DNA of 64,000 nt from a virus. Shown here piece by piece: positions 1 to 9,297 of the stretch (its first letter is position 1; the number at the start of each line of letters is the position of its first letter). The notes under the pieces were generated by a model. The model was given only the letters and a program-made list of their open reading frames with translations, made no database searches and was not told the origin of the DNA. The stretch lies in IMG/VR virus record IMGVR_UViG_3300029267_002792; one strand, written 5' to 3'. Made by a program: the position numbers and the translations under genes.

Positions 1-799
1 CACCAAGTTCGTTTTTGTTCTTGGTATCGTTTCCATATTGTCTTTTGTTCTTGGAACTTGGACGTCCAGAAACGTTAGCGTCCGAAGGGTCGGCCATGAG
101 CTTGGGCTGGGGGCCTGATATATGCTCCGGGGGCTCGCCCCCGGTATATTCCTCGGACTTATCTATTCCACTCCCCGAAGGGTTATCTATTATCAAGTGC
201 CCCTGTGGCACTACTCCCCCCTCCACTAGTGCCACTGTGGCACTAGGGTAGTGCCTCTGTGGCACTACCCCGGGCGCTGTCGTGTAGATGCTGGGAATCA
301 GTACGGACCGGTCGCTGCGGTTCAACCACTCCCGGGCCAGCCTAGCTCGGTCGAGCACGGGAAGCTTCGACACAGTGGTCTCCTGCTGCTCAGCCAGGTC
401 GGTAAGGTGGTTGCAGAACTCTCTACAGTCCACATCGGCGTAGAAGACCTCCAGGCCGCCGGGAAGAACGTACCCGAGCTGGAACACAAGCGCCTCGCCA
501 GAGCCGTGGCCATTCTCGGCTCGAATCCACCCAATGCTGCGGAGGTAGTTGATGCGGCGCTGGACCGTTCTCACGGAGAGTCCCAGGGAATGGGCAATCG
601 TGGTCCGGCAGAGACTGGCGGAGAGGTCGCCACTCTTCGCGGCGTCTCTGAGCTTGCGAGAGCCCTGAACTCGCGACCGCCAGACGTGCGTTCGTATCTC
701 CTCGTAGATACGCTCTGTGTCCACTCCGAGCGCGGCGGTCATCTTCGACCTGTAGAACGCCAAATCCTTGAGCAAGAAACTTTCAGACCCTCCGCGCAT
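1..799 (-). CDS. Winged-HTH replication-initiator-like protein (runs off the window start; absent from the supplied ORF track)
   Basis: ATG at 799 after GAGGAGGAG RBS; open to base 1: MRGGSESFLLKDLAFYRSK...IAHSLGLSVRTVQRRINYLRSIGWI (HTH) followed by a low-complexity linker containing palindromic repeats. Confidence 0.75.
   Translation of the reverse strand, partial: MRGGSESFLLKDLAFYRSKMTAALGVDTERIYEEIRTHVWRSRVQGSRKLRDAAKSGDLSASLCRTTIAHSLGLSVRTVQRRINYLRSIGWIRAENGHGSGEALVFQLGYVLPGGLEVFYADVDCREFCNHLTDLAEQQETTVSKLPVLDRARLAREWLNRSDRSVLIPSIYTTAPGVVPQRHYPSATVALVEGGVVPQGHLIIDNPSGSGIDKSEEYTGGEPPEHISGPQPKLMADPSDANVSGRPSSKNKRQYGNDTKNKNELG
196..270. repeat. Three tandem palindromes AGTGCC-NCTGT-GGCACT (candidate iterons/origin)
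   Basis: AGTGCCcctgtGGCACT 196-212; CTAGTGCCactgtGGCACTAG 226-246; GGGTAGTGCCtctgtGGCACTACCC 246-270. Confidence 0.85.
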
Positions 800-1238
800 T
801 GCGCTCCTCCTCGATCTCGTTCAACCAATTCTTGGCCGCGGCGACGCGGTGCGTCGTCGATTCCACACCTACCAACTTCCGGTGGAGCCTCAAGTAGGAC
901 TCGTAACCGTAAAAGACGTCCCCTCCACCAGCGCTCTGAAACCCCAGCTCGAACCCCTCCCCACGCCCCCGCAGCCAGCCCCAACGCATGAGCTTCAGCA
1001 GCGCGTCTTCGACCTTTCGGACGCTTACGCCGATGGACATCGCAATCTCATCCAGGTCTACGGTGGAGACGAACCGAACGACGCCCTCTTCCGGAATCCG
1101 TTCTGCGTGGTGTAGCAGCTGCTCCAGCACGGCCTTCGGAACGATCCCGGTCGCACACGTAGCGTCCATGGCCGCACAGTGCACGAATACGTTCCCCTCG
1201 AAGTCAGTGATCACGGACGACCACCTTCCTTTCGGCAC
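783..1238 (-). CDS. Winged-HTH protein, paralog of the downstream gene
   Basis: IAMSIGVSVRKVEDALLKLMRWGWLR...FELGF...DVFY aligns by eye with IAHSLGLSVRTVQRRINYLRSIGWIR...FQLGY...EVFY. Confidence 0.7.
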   Translation of the reverse strand: MPKGRWSSVITDFEGNVFVHCAAMDATCATGIVPKAVLEQLLHHAERIPEEGVVRFVSTVDLDEIAMSIGVSVRKVEDALLKLMRWGWLRGRGEGFELGFQSAGGGDVFYGYESYLRLHRKLVGVESTTHRVAAAKNWLNEIEEERNARRV

Positions 1239-1504
1239 ACTCTTTGTGAAAAAAGAGCGAGCCCGCTAGGAGGCCCAACGAGAACCAGGGGCGCTAACCG
1301 AGTGACGTCGGCGCTGAGGAGCGCCGTTGGGCGAGGCTTGCGCCTACGCCAACCCTGGAACCCGTACTCCTAGCGGGCTCGCTTCAAGAGGTACAATATC
1401 ACATAGCGGCAGATCGGTTAGCATTTTCTTCCCCGTGCCCCTGGTTCAGTAGTTGGGCGTCCACCAAACCAGCGGACTGATGATGCTCTACTCGGATCGC
1501 GGGG

Positions 1505-2569
1505 TCAAGAGTTTTCGCCCTCGTCACCTTCCGGGGCGATTGCCGTCACCGTCAGCTGGGTTTCAGCAGGCCCCTGGAGACTCGGGAACCCCATCTCAAT
1601 GCAGACGGGATCGATATCGTCCGGGCACCCTCGGCGACCCGGACGGCACCAGAACGCGTTCAGAGTCCCCGCATTCTGGATTCTGGCTAGGCCGCGGGCG
1701 CAGGCGATGCGGTCGTCGCACGAGGCTTTCCCCGACTCGCAACGTCCTCCCCACGTGATCGGCCTACCTGGCAACCATCGGACGCGAGCACCCGGCCTCG
1801 ACTCTGGTAGCTCGCCTGCGATGAGCCTGCGGGCGTCTGCCACTGTCTGGGGGCACACCTTAGTTCCGTAGTGGGAGTTCCACCGGTCCTCAGAGTGCGG
1901 GTATCCTTCAGGGCGCGTGCAGTCGGTAGTGAGATTTCGCACCCACGCTGCGCGCCTGTTGTGGGCCTTGATCATGCCCAAAGCATGTCGCTGAGATCGG
2001 CGCAGCGCGGACAGCATGGTTTCTCCGTCCTCGTCACACTCGGTGATGCGTTGCAGATGGGGTGTGTCTCGATCGCAGGTCCTCCTCCGGATGTTGCTGA
2101 CTGTCTGCCAGATACCAACACAGTCTTGGGGTCGACCATCTGCCTCGGCGATGCACACACGCAGCAGGGCCGTCAAGAGAGCCTCATCCGATTCCTCGTC
2201 CGGTACGTTCCATATCCTCCCCCGGGCATCAGCTGGACTCTCCCACTGGAACCTACGCACCCGCCGTCTCTTCGGCGGGGGAGCTTTTGCAGCCTCCTCT
2301 TCCATCGTCTGGACGCGAGCTTCTGCTTCTGCCTCGAGTCTCTCCCAACGCTCAGCACGCGCGCGGTCCCGCTCGTCCCAATAGCGATCAGGGTCGTCGT
2401 ACTGAGGAGCCGGAGTCTCTATCGGGTCTCCGATCCTCTCCTCCGCCTCGGCGAAGTCGCAGGAAGACAGAGAGAACGCTACTGACGCTCCTACTGCCAT
2501 GGCAGCGAGGGCTGCCCCCGCCACCACAACCTTCCTGAATCCGGTAAATGCACTACGCCAAGTAGCCAT
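1505..2569 (-). CDS. Membrane-anchored, Cys-rich protein with a SleB/Hydrolase_2-like segment (putative cell-wall hydrolase)
   Basis: Start MATWRSAF after AAAGGAGG; N-terminal hydrophobic helix ending SLSSC; LLRVCIAEADG..DCVGIWQTVSNIR resembles the SleB LARLIYAEARGE motif. Confidence 0.55.
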   Translation of the reverse strand: MATWRSAFTGFRKVVVAGAALAAMAVGASVAFSLSSCDFAEAEERIGDPIETPAPQYDDPDRYWDERDRARAERWERLEAEAEARVQTMEEEAAKAPPPKRRRVRRFQWESPADARGRIWNVPDEESDEALLTALLRVCIAEADGRPQDCVGIWQTVSNIRRRTCDRDTPHLQRITECDEDGETMLSALRRSQRHALGMIKAHNRRAAWVRNLTTDCTRPEGYPHSEDRWNSHYGTKVCPQTVADARRLIAGELPESRPGARVRWLPGRPITWGGRCESGKASCDDRIACARGLARIQNAGTLNAFWCRPGRRGCPDDIDPVCIEMGFPSLQGPAETQLTVTAIAPEGDEGENS

Positions 2570-2690
2570 GGGGCTACCTCCTTTCTGAGCCCGGCACACC
2601 GGGGTCAGAGCTACACGATGTACGGGGTGAGATCGGTGTGCAGAGCTTCAATCACGGCCTGGAAACATAGCACAGGCCACCCCGATCTTG

Positions 2691-3020
2691 CTACTCACCT
2701 GGAACCTTCTCCGCCGCCTCTATCGCCTTCCCCAGGGCTTCAAACGCTTGGTCTAGGTTGTCTTGGTCAGCGTGTCTACTCCACAGGCGGTAGACCTTGC
2801 GAGCCTCGCGAGCGACCGAGCTGCTCAGTTCCTCGTCGTCACTGATGGAGGCCCAAGCTTCTAGTGTCGGTCGCAACTCGCGGGCAAGGAACGCAATCGA
2901 ATCGTCTACCCATTCGTCCGTGACGTGCATTCCGTCCGGGCGAGTGCCTGTTTTCACGTAGTGTTCGATTTCGACCAGTCGGATCGTGTTTGCTTTGCTG
3001 AGCCCGCGAAGCGTTTTCAT
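2691..3020 (-). CDS. Hypothetical protein
   Basis: 109-aa ORF in the minus-strand gene run. Confidence 0.7.
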   Translation of the reverse strand: MKTLRGLSKANTIRLVEIEHYVKTGTRPDGMHVTDEWVDDSIAFLARELRPTLEAWASISDDEELSSSVAREARKVYRLWSRHADQDNLDQAFEALGKAIEAAEKVPGE

Positions 3021-3453
3021 CCGCCCCTTCTACCACATACCACGGGGATGGTCAATACCCGCATGTAGAGGTAGAAGTCGTGGGCGGAGTCACATAGAAG
3101 TACACAAGGTTCGTTCCAGCGCTCCAGGTACTCGAGACGTCGATCGATGCCCGAGGTCGGCTGCGGCGGTGCGGCTCCGCAAACCTTCCCACGGGTCGGC
3201 CCTCCTTCTTGAACTCCTCCAACCACCTCAACCAGCACAAGGCCTCGGGGTTCCACTCCCCGTAGCTCGGAGGAAGAGCAGGGCGAAACACTCTCGACTT
3301 GAGCTGAGTTCGGGCGCGAACGTTGTGAGTAAGCCGAACCGGAGGTCTAGGAGATCGGTATTGGGTTCGCCTGTCGGTGAAGTTTTTTAGTCCTCGTACG
3401 TGCGACATCTGCGTCTAATATACGCTACCCAGAAACGAGAACACCATCAAACA

Positions 3454-3722
3454 GGTCCATCCTCGCGCGTGCGGGAGAACCGCCTGAAGCGGAGAAGATC
3501 GCCCTGGTCCATCCTCACGCCTCACGCGTGCGGGGAACCGGGCACTGTAGCAGACTCCGCTCTCACAGCACCGGTCCATCCTCACGCGTGCGGGAGAACC
3601 ACACGCCCGTGCGGAACTTCGAGGAGCGCGACGGGTCCATCCCCACGCGTGTGGGGGAACCTCACCGCCGATGATGTACAGGCCCTCGGAGGACGGTCCA
3701 TCCCCACGCGTGTGGGGGAACC
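3454..3722 (-). CRISPR. Mini-array 1: 5 type I-E-like 28-bp repeats, 4 spacers
   Basis: Repeats (+ strand GGTCCATCC(C/T)C(A/G)CGCGTG(C/T)GGG(G/A)GAACC) at 3454, 3506 (34 bp, slipped), 3573, 3634, 3695; spacers 24, 33, 33, 33 bp; 61-bp period. Confidence 0.95.
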
Positions 3723-3855
3723 CCTGTGCCACGCTGAGCCGAAAAAAAACGGTTCTCCTCCACACACATGAGTTCCTCGTTCGAGACGAGGCAAGAACAC
3801 CGCGCTCTCACGCAGTGCCACCGACTGGAATATCGGCAAGCGGTGGTATTGTCAA
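3723..3855 (-). promoter_or_regulatory. Conserved CRISPR leader, copy 1, with TTGACA box
   Basis: Near-identical to the reverse complement of 20177-20286; TTGACA at 3855-3850. Confidence 0.85.
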
Positions 3856-3869
3856 CTATTTTTTAGGCT

Positions 3870-4403
3870 TCAGAACAGGTCTTCTGTCGTGCCGATCTGA
3901 GGGGACGTTTCCCGATCTCGGGCGAACGGAGACTTCCGAATGACTTCCAAGGCTGACGAAGAAGTGCTCACGACGTAGACCCGCACGTTGGTGGTGTGCT
4001 CGGAGTGGCTGCCGAGGAAGACCTTCAACCCCAGCGGTCCAAAAGGGCCGGCAATTCCATCCTCGCCGTCCACGAAGAAGACCTTGACCCGTCGCGTGGC
4101 GTCGTACTCGCTCGGATCTGTGACGTAAGGCTTTCCCGTCTTTTTATCCGTCCGGATACGACTTGCGACAGATCTATAAAGCAGCTCCAGGACTTCCAGG
4201 GGCACAATCCAGTCGGACGGGTCCGGAATCCCTAATGTCCCTGCCAGCCGAACTTTGGTGGGTTTGTCACAGCAGGGGCAGCGACCCACTGAGCCTTCGT
4301 AGATCAACCTTTCCTTGAAACGAGCTTTGGACTTCGACATCTCCACTCTCTGACTCAAAGGAGCTTTAGATTCCAGTATCGCCCATCGAACCCGAGCTAC
4401 CAT
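3870..4403 (-). CDS. Hypothetical protein
   Basis: 177-aa ORF abutting the vWA gene. Confidence 0.7.
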   Translation of the reverse strand: MVARVRWAILESKAPLSQRVEMSKSKARFKERLIYEGSVGRCPCCDKPTKVRLAGTLGIPDPSDWIVPLEVLELLYRSVASRIRTDKKTGKPYVTDPSEYDATRRVKVFFVDGEDGIAGPFGPLGLKVFLGSHSEHTTNVRVYVVSTSSSALEVIRKSPFARDRETSPQIGTTEDLF

Positions 4404-6316
4404 CAGCCTCCCCGCAGGTAGCTAACGAAGGCTCCCGTCACGAGCTGCACCAGATCGTGCCCGAATGTCTGATCCTTCATGATGCGCCAATTTCGAGGAG
4501 GCCCGAACATCTTGCCCATCTCTTTCGCGCCTACGTCGCTCCCGATCAGGACTCCCGTCACTCCGATGCCTTTGCGCCTTGCGTTCTGGATGTTCATCCG
4601 AACAAACGACATGAGCGCTCGGGTACCGTACTGCGCACCATCGTTCCGGACGAATATCGGGAATCCGTCGGATATGACAAACAAGTGCTTTCGATCTGTG
4701 CCATCCTCCAGGTCTTTCAAGGCAACGCGAATGGCGGTGTGAAGAGGTGTCGTGCCCCCAACCCTGGAAGTGGCTGACTCGAAGACCTCCTGTCGGGGGC
4801 GAAATCGGGTGATGTCGACCTGCCCATCTTTCAAAGACTGAAATCCCCATACCCGGCTGGTGACGAACGGAAAGTCCAGCGCCCGGGAGATGATTCGACA
4901 AGCTCTCTCAGCCTGAGCGGTCCGGCGCCCTTGCATAGAGGACGATCGGTCTACTAGTACCAGCGTCCGGAAGCCTCGGCCAAAAGAGTCGACAGCGAAG
5001 ACTGGAAGAGGTTCGCCCGTCATACGACGAGTGATGTAGGCGGGGACGTCTAGCCGTGTTCCAGCGTCCTCGAGAGTGTTGATTCGGCGCCCCAGAACAC
5101 GGTGGAACATGGCTCGGAGCCTCTTCACGGTGTTCTCGTCCTCGTCGTTTAGGAGCGAGCTATCAGAACGTGGCCCGGATGGTTCCACGTCGGTGAAGAC
5201 CACCTTGGCATAGCCCTCATGGCGAATGCGATCGTCGTGATTGAACGCGTTCTTAGTCGCATTTCGGGCCTTGTCCACGAGGCGAAGCATCTGGGCCGAG
5301 GAGGCATCGAGAATGTCTTCGAGCTTGCTCGCGTTTTTCACGTTGGCCGTAATGGCAGCCTGAGCCCGCCTGTCGGCAGCTGCTTCCTCTCCGCGTTTTT
5401 TGTACTTCGACTCTCCAACCTCGCTGGAGATGTCAGATGGAGCCTTTCCAAGACGATTGATCGCGTCCTGAAGGGCCTGGGATCGCTCTTTTAGCCCGGC
5501 ATCAACCTCGGGAGGCTCCCAGGTTTCGTCAGGATGGTCCTCAGACGGCTCTTGCGGGTTGCTGCCCTCTCCGGCCTGCTGCTCGTCCTCGTCCCCTGAC
5601 GCCCCATCAGAGCCGCTCCCGAGCTGCGGGGCAGGTCCGGGCGGAGGGTCCTCCCCTCGCGATTCTCGGATAATTTCCGACACCAGCTGTACTACGAGCC
5701 ACTTCGCCGCTACCAAGCACCCGAAGTAGTCCCGGAAGCGTACCTTCCTCAGGGCTTCCTCCATGTAGGGCACGAAGCGGTCAAGCTTCCCGGGGGGTAT
5801 CGGGTTGCCGCTCGCAACGCAGATGAACAGGGACAGAAAGTCTTGGTGAGCCAGGTTCAGGTGTGCGGCCGACTCCTCCCGTTTCATACGGCGCATGATG
5901 GCCCCGGAGCCACGGTAGAGCAGGCCCCAGAGGGAGATGACGCGCTCGTCATCAAGGACGCCAACGATACCTTCCAAACCCGCCCTCAGCATGCGCTCGT
6001 TGATGGTGAGGTGAGCCTTTTTGGCGACCTGCCCGATCTTCCTGGAGTACTCCTCGATGAACTTCTGCTTCGCTAGGAAATCCGACTGGAACAGGATGTG
6101 GGAGATCTCGTGCTCACAGTACTGGTACGCCCGCGGGTGTTGGAAGGGCACTTCAATCAGGTACCCGTTGGTTCTCGCCACCCCGTCCTGGGAGTTCTTG
6201 AGCCAGAGACGTCGCTTCAGGATGCCAGAGAACACGTCTACGGTTTTGTAGCACATGGCTTTGGGGGACGAGTCCACCTCAACATTGATGAGTGCATCCA
6301 CGTCGATGGTCGACAT
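4403..6316 (-). CDS. vWA-domain protein (CobT/NorD/CbbO-like partner of MoxR ATPase)
   Basis: Start MSTIDVDAL after AGGAGG; HEISH motif; acidic linker; MIDAS DRSSSM, GGTTPL, VISDG. Confidence 0.9.
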   Translation of the reverse strand: MSTIDVDALINVEVDSSPKAMCYKTVDVFSGILKRRLWLKNSQDGVARTNGYLIEVPFQHPRAYQYCEHEISHILFQSDFLAKQKFIEEYSRKIGQVAKKAHLTINERMLRAGLEGIVGVLDDERVISLWGLLYRGSGAIMRRMKREESAAHLNLAHQDFLSLFICVASGNPIPPGKLDRFVPYMEEALRKVRFRDYFGCLVAAKWLVVQLVSEIIRESRGEDPPPGPAPQLGSGSDGASGDEDEQQAGEGSNPQEPSEDHPDETWEPPEVDAGLKERSQALQDAINRLGKAPSDISSEVGESKYKKRGEEAAADRRAQAAITANVKNASKLEDILDASSAQMLRLVDKARNATKNAFNHDDRIRHEGYAKVVFTDVEPSGPRSDSSLLNDEDENTVKRLRAMFHRVLGRRINTLEDAGTRLDVPAYITRRMTGEPLPVFAVDSFGRGFRTLVLVDRSSSMQGRRTAQAERACRIISRALDFPFVTSRVWGFQSLKDGQVDITRFRPRQEVFESATSRVGGTTPLHTAIRVALKDLEDGTDRKHLFVISDGFPIFVRNDGAQYGTRALMSFVRMNIQNARRKGIGVTGVLIGSDVGAKEMGKMFGPPRNWRIMKDQTFGHDLVQLVTGAFVSYLRGG

Positions 6317-6324
6317 GGGACCTC

Positions 6325-7155
6325 CTATTTGATTGTGGCACCGAAGATGGACGCGACACGAGTCTTGAAGAAATCTCGGTCCTGACCCTCGAACTTGCCG
6401 GCGGCGAGTCGTAGCGCTGATTCCACACCGCAGGCTTCGGCATCCTCGATGATTTGAACCGTGTCGCGCGGGGACAGGGAGTACTCCAGGTTCCGCTGCC
6501 GGGTCTCGTGCGCTAGCGTGAGAACGTCTTTGAGGAGGGCCTCCTTGGCCCACTTCCCAGCGACAGCCTTCAGGATGCGTGTCTCGTCGCCCTTGCTCGG
6601 ATAACCGACGGCCAGCATCCGAAACCGCGATTTCAAGTCCTCGTTCAGGGTGTAGACCCCGCCGTAGACAGACGTGTTCATGGTGCCACAGAGCCAGAGA
6701 TTGGCCCCCTCTTTCAGCTCGAACACGCGCTGACACTCCGGGACTTCGATGCGCCGCCGATAATCCCCGATCGAATTGAGCATCTTCTGAACGGCCGGCG
6801 TTAGGGCATTGATCTCTTCCAGGCAGAGAATGCAGTGCCCGACCTCGTTGGCCACCTCGATAGCCGTTGGCAGCGGTCCCATCACATACGGGCTCTCGTG
6901 CCCTCGCAAGGTGAATAGCCCGAGCAAGTGGGACCTGCGCACGTCCTCGGAGCAGTCGAAAGTGATGATCGGGTGCTTGTGCTGCCCGGCCCACGAGGCG
7001 ATGGACAGTGTTTTGGCTACCCCCTTCGGCCCGACCAGGATGAGGTTGGCTTTGAACGCTACAGCTTCAAACAGCGGGTGCAGATCGAAGACGTCCTCGT
7101 ATATCAAGTCCGTCTTCGGGGCGAAGGCGTCCGATGGTAGCCGCTCAACGATCAT
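6325..7155 (-). CDS. MoxR/CbbQ/NorQ-type AAA+ ATPase
   Basis: Walker A GPKGVAKT, Walker B LCLEEINAL, GTMN sensor, LNEDLKSRF, SPRD motif. Confidence 0.92.
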   Translation of the reverse strand: MIVERLPSDAFAPKTDLIYEDVFDLHPLFEAVAFKANLILVGPKGVAKTLSIASWAGQHKHPIITFDCSEDVRRSHLLGLFTLRGHESPYVMGPLPTAIEVANEVGHCILCLEEINALTPAVQKMLNSIGDYRRRIEVPECQRVFELKEGANLWLCGTMNTSVYGGVYTLNEDLKSRFRMLAVGYPSKGDETRILKAVAGKWAKEALLKDVLTLAHETRQRNLEYSLSPRDTVQIIEDAEACGVESALRLAAGKFEGQDRDFFKTRVASIFGATIK

Positions 7156-7157
7156 GT

Positions 7158-7739
7158 TCAGCCTCCTTTCCTGGACCCCGCAGCCTTTGAACGCTTGGAC
7201 ACGTTTCGGGCCTTGCGCGGCGCGTTCTCCGTCACGGGACCTCCAACGATCTCCTCCAGGGCGTCAAGGAGGTCGGGGTCCTCTTTCACGCGGAGCGCCC
7301 ATACGATCTTCTTCGCGCTTTCCACGTCCACCTTCGGGAGCTTGCCCAGGTCGACGAGGTTCTGGACCTTGCTGGCGTCCATCACGACCTTCGTCACCTG
7401 GGTGAAGGCCTGGTCTGGAGCTAGGTCGTGGTCCTCTAGGAGAGCACGCAGCTTCTCCTCGTCAGGCAGAGAAGCCTTCCGCTGTTCCCGGACGACTGTG
7501 GACCCCTCCACGCGCAGCTTCTGGCCCCCGTTGTCGGTCGTGCGACCGAACTCGTTGGCGCGGGCTAGGAGGACTGTCCGGAGTTCCTTCACGCGCTTGT
7601 CGATTTGGTCCTGGGTGTACTTCAGGATGATCCAGGCCTCGACCAGGGATGAGATGTTGGCCCGCGTCGCGTCTCCCACGAGGAGAGGTCCGCGCAGCAA
7701 GGCGCCCACGTACATTTCCACCGCTTCTCTGAATGTCAT
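7158..7739 (-). CDS. Hypothetical protein
   Basis: 193-aa ORF coupled to the AAA gene. Confidence 0.75.
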   Translation of the reverse strand: MTFREAVEMYVGALLRGPLLVGDATRANISSLVEAWIILKYTQDQIDKRVKELRTVLLARANEFGRTTDNGGQKLRVEGSTVVREQRKASLPDEEKLRALLEDHDLAPDQAFTQVTKVVMDASKVQNLVDLGKLPKVDVESAKKIVWALRVKEDPDLLDALEEIVGGPVTENAPRKARNVSKRSKAAGSRKGG

Positions 7740-7812
7740 CGGTTCTTACTCCTTCTCGCAGCTAAGTGCCAGATCTTCTATCTACCAGACATACCATATA
7801 GGCAGGGGATTG

Positions 7813-8079
7813 TCAATCAGAATCGTCAATCTCTACGATGAGCTGCCGACCGTCGACCATACCTATGGCCGAAAAGATCTGTCTGATGGCTGTGATGGTC
7901 CGGCCGCGCTTGCCAATCACCAGCCCTCTGTCGGCAGGGCGCACGTACAGGGAAAGAATGGTTTTATCGCCGCGTTCGGTCTCATTCACGCGTACGTGTA
8001 CTGGCGAAGTGACTAGCGCGCGAGCCACTTCAGCTAGAAGGGCACGATCCTCAAGTGGGTGTACCGGTCGAGCCTCCAC
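7813..8079 (-). CDS. khpA: KH-domain RNA-binding protein (KhpA/UPF0109-like)
   Basis: ALVTSP..VRV...LYVRPADRGLVIGKRGRTITAIRQI (GxxG loop), family-typical size. Confidence 0.85.
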   Translation of the reverse strand: MEARPVHPLEDRALLAEVARALVTSPVHVRVNETERGDKTILSLYVRPADRGLVIGKRGRTITAIRQIFSAIGMVDGRQLIVEIDDSD

Positions 8080-8305
8080 GGTTGCCTCCTTCCTTTTTCG
8101 GTTCCGCTTTGTACAGGTCGCGAAGGCGGGCCTTGATCAGCTCGCAGTAATCGAAGTAATCGCAGTCCCAGCACGAGGACACGCGTTTGGCTTCTTTGCA
8201 GAGCAGTACCTTGCGAGATCGAAGTTCTCGCTCAAAGGGGTATGTGTCGGGCTTCAACCCGGCGGCTTCCAGCTCACGACGTAGAGCTTCGAGGGCTTTG
8301 CTCAC
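8051..8305 (-). CDS. Small Cys-cluster hypothetical protein
   Basis: C..CWDC..FDYC motif. Confidence 0.65.
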   Translation of the reverse strand: MSKALEALRRELEAAGLKPDTYPFERELRSRKVLLCKEAKRVSSCWDCDYFDYCELIKARLRDLYKAEPKKEGGNRGGSTGTPT

Positions 8306-8501
8306 GGGCAGCCCTCCGAAGCTCGTCCACCACCATCTTGGGGGACTCGATAGCCTGCGCGAAACACGACTCGTGGGCGTTCCCGAACAAGGAGCGCTCC
8401 TTCCACTCGCCAGAGCGGAGCGTCCCCTTCGTAATGCGGACGCCCTTGCCCTCTATCGGCTTGCCGCACACGACACAACGGTCTCGTTTTCGACCACTCA
8501 C
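8274..8501 (-). CDS. Small zinc-finger protein
   Basis: CVVCGKPI...HESCF. Confidence 0.65.
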   Translation of the reverse strand: MSGRKRDRCVVCGKPIEGKGVRITKGTLRSGEWKERSLFGNAHESCFAQAIESPKMVVDELRRAAREQSPRSSTS

Positions 8502-8537
8502 GCACCTGACTATACGCTAGTTTACTGGTAGTCACAA

Positions 8538-9189
8538 CTAGTGCCCCTTGTCCTTCATCAGTTCGAGGCTGAGAGTGCCGTACGACGGTGAGTACCAGAA
8601 CCGAACTCTCCCCTCGTACTCGTCCGCTCGTTTCAGGGCGTCGGCGGAAGCGGAGTCCGGTCCCAGAAGCTCCGCTGCGTGCTCGACCGTCTCGCGAGGC
8701 ACCTCGACAGCGTCCGGATCGAGGGGGATTAGAGATTCGGCGTGGCTGAAGCGATTATTGGCCTTAGGCATCGCGTACGGTGTCTCCGACATCAACCACT
8801 TCGCAGGTGCGAAAGACAACACCCTCCAACGCGATCTCCGACTCTGTGGCGTCTAGCCGGCCAGCCCGTTGACCGCCCAGCTCGATACCGACGCCGAAGG
8901 GCAGATAGCTCGGGTCCGCAATGCTCAAAACGACGCAGCGTCCTGCATTGCCGTCGCGTTCGAGCAGGGTGGCTGTAACCTTGTCTGCCTCCCGAACTTC
9001 CTGGAACAGGTTCTTGCCAGGGGCGATAGCGCGCCACACCTCGAACCCATGTGGTGTGACCGCAGCCACGATCGCGCCGACGTCTTTGGTGTCGTAGTCT
9101 CGGTGGGAACCCCTCACGCCCGAAAAGTAGAACCGTAGGGTGAACCTATATACGTGAAGCCACGACTGCGCTATGTTTGCTTTGACCAT
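8538..9189 (-). CDS. Two overlapping hypothetical ORFs (8538-8822 and 8764-9189)
   Basis: Consecutive minus-strand ORFs; no recognised motif. Confidence 0.55.
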
Positions 9190-9297
9190 ATCATCCTCTT
9201 GTACTTCCAGATCGGTAAAGGGTTCCTACGAGTAGAGCACCTGTGACCCCTCCGAACAAGAACGCACCTATCACAAATCCGACCGTGATTGGGTCCA

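Noticed and set aside
251-991. 246-aa plus-strand ORF
   Set aside because: Antisense shadow of the minus-strand wHTH genes.
3017-3408. Single gene between the 109-aa ORF and array 1
   Set aside because: Two overlapping frames are each partly protein-like; I cannot choose between them or confirm a frameshift.
6317-6994. N-terminal extension of the 863-aa ORF 4403..6994
   Set aside because: It overlaps the AAA ATPase gene in another frame; a clear RBS and start lie at 6316.
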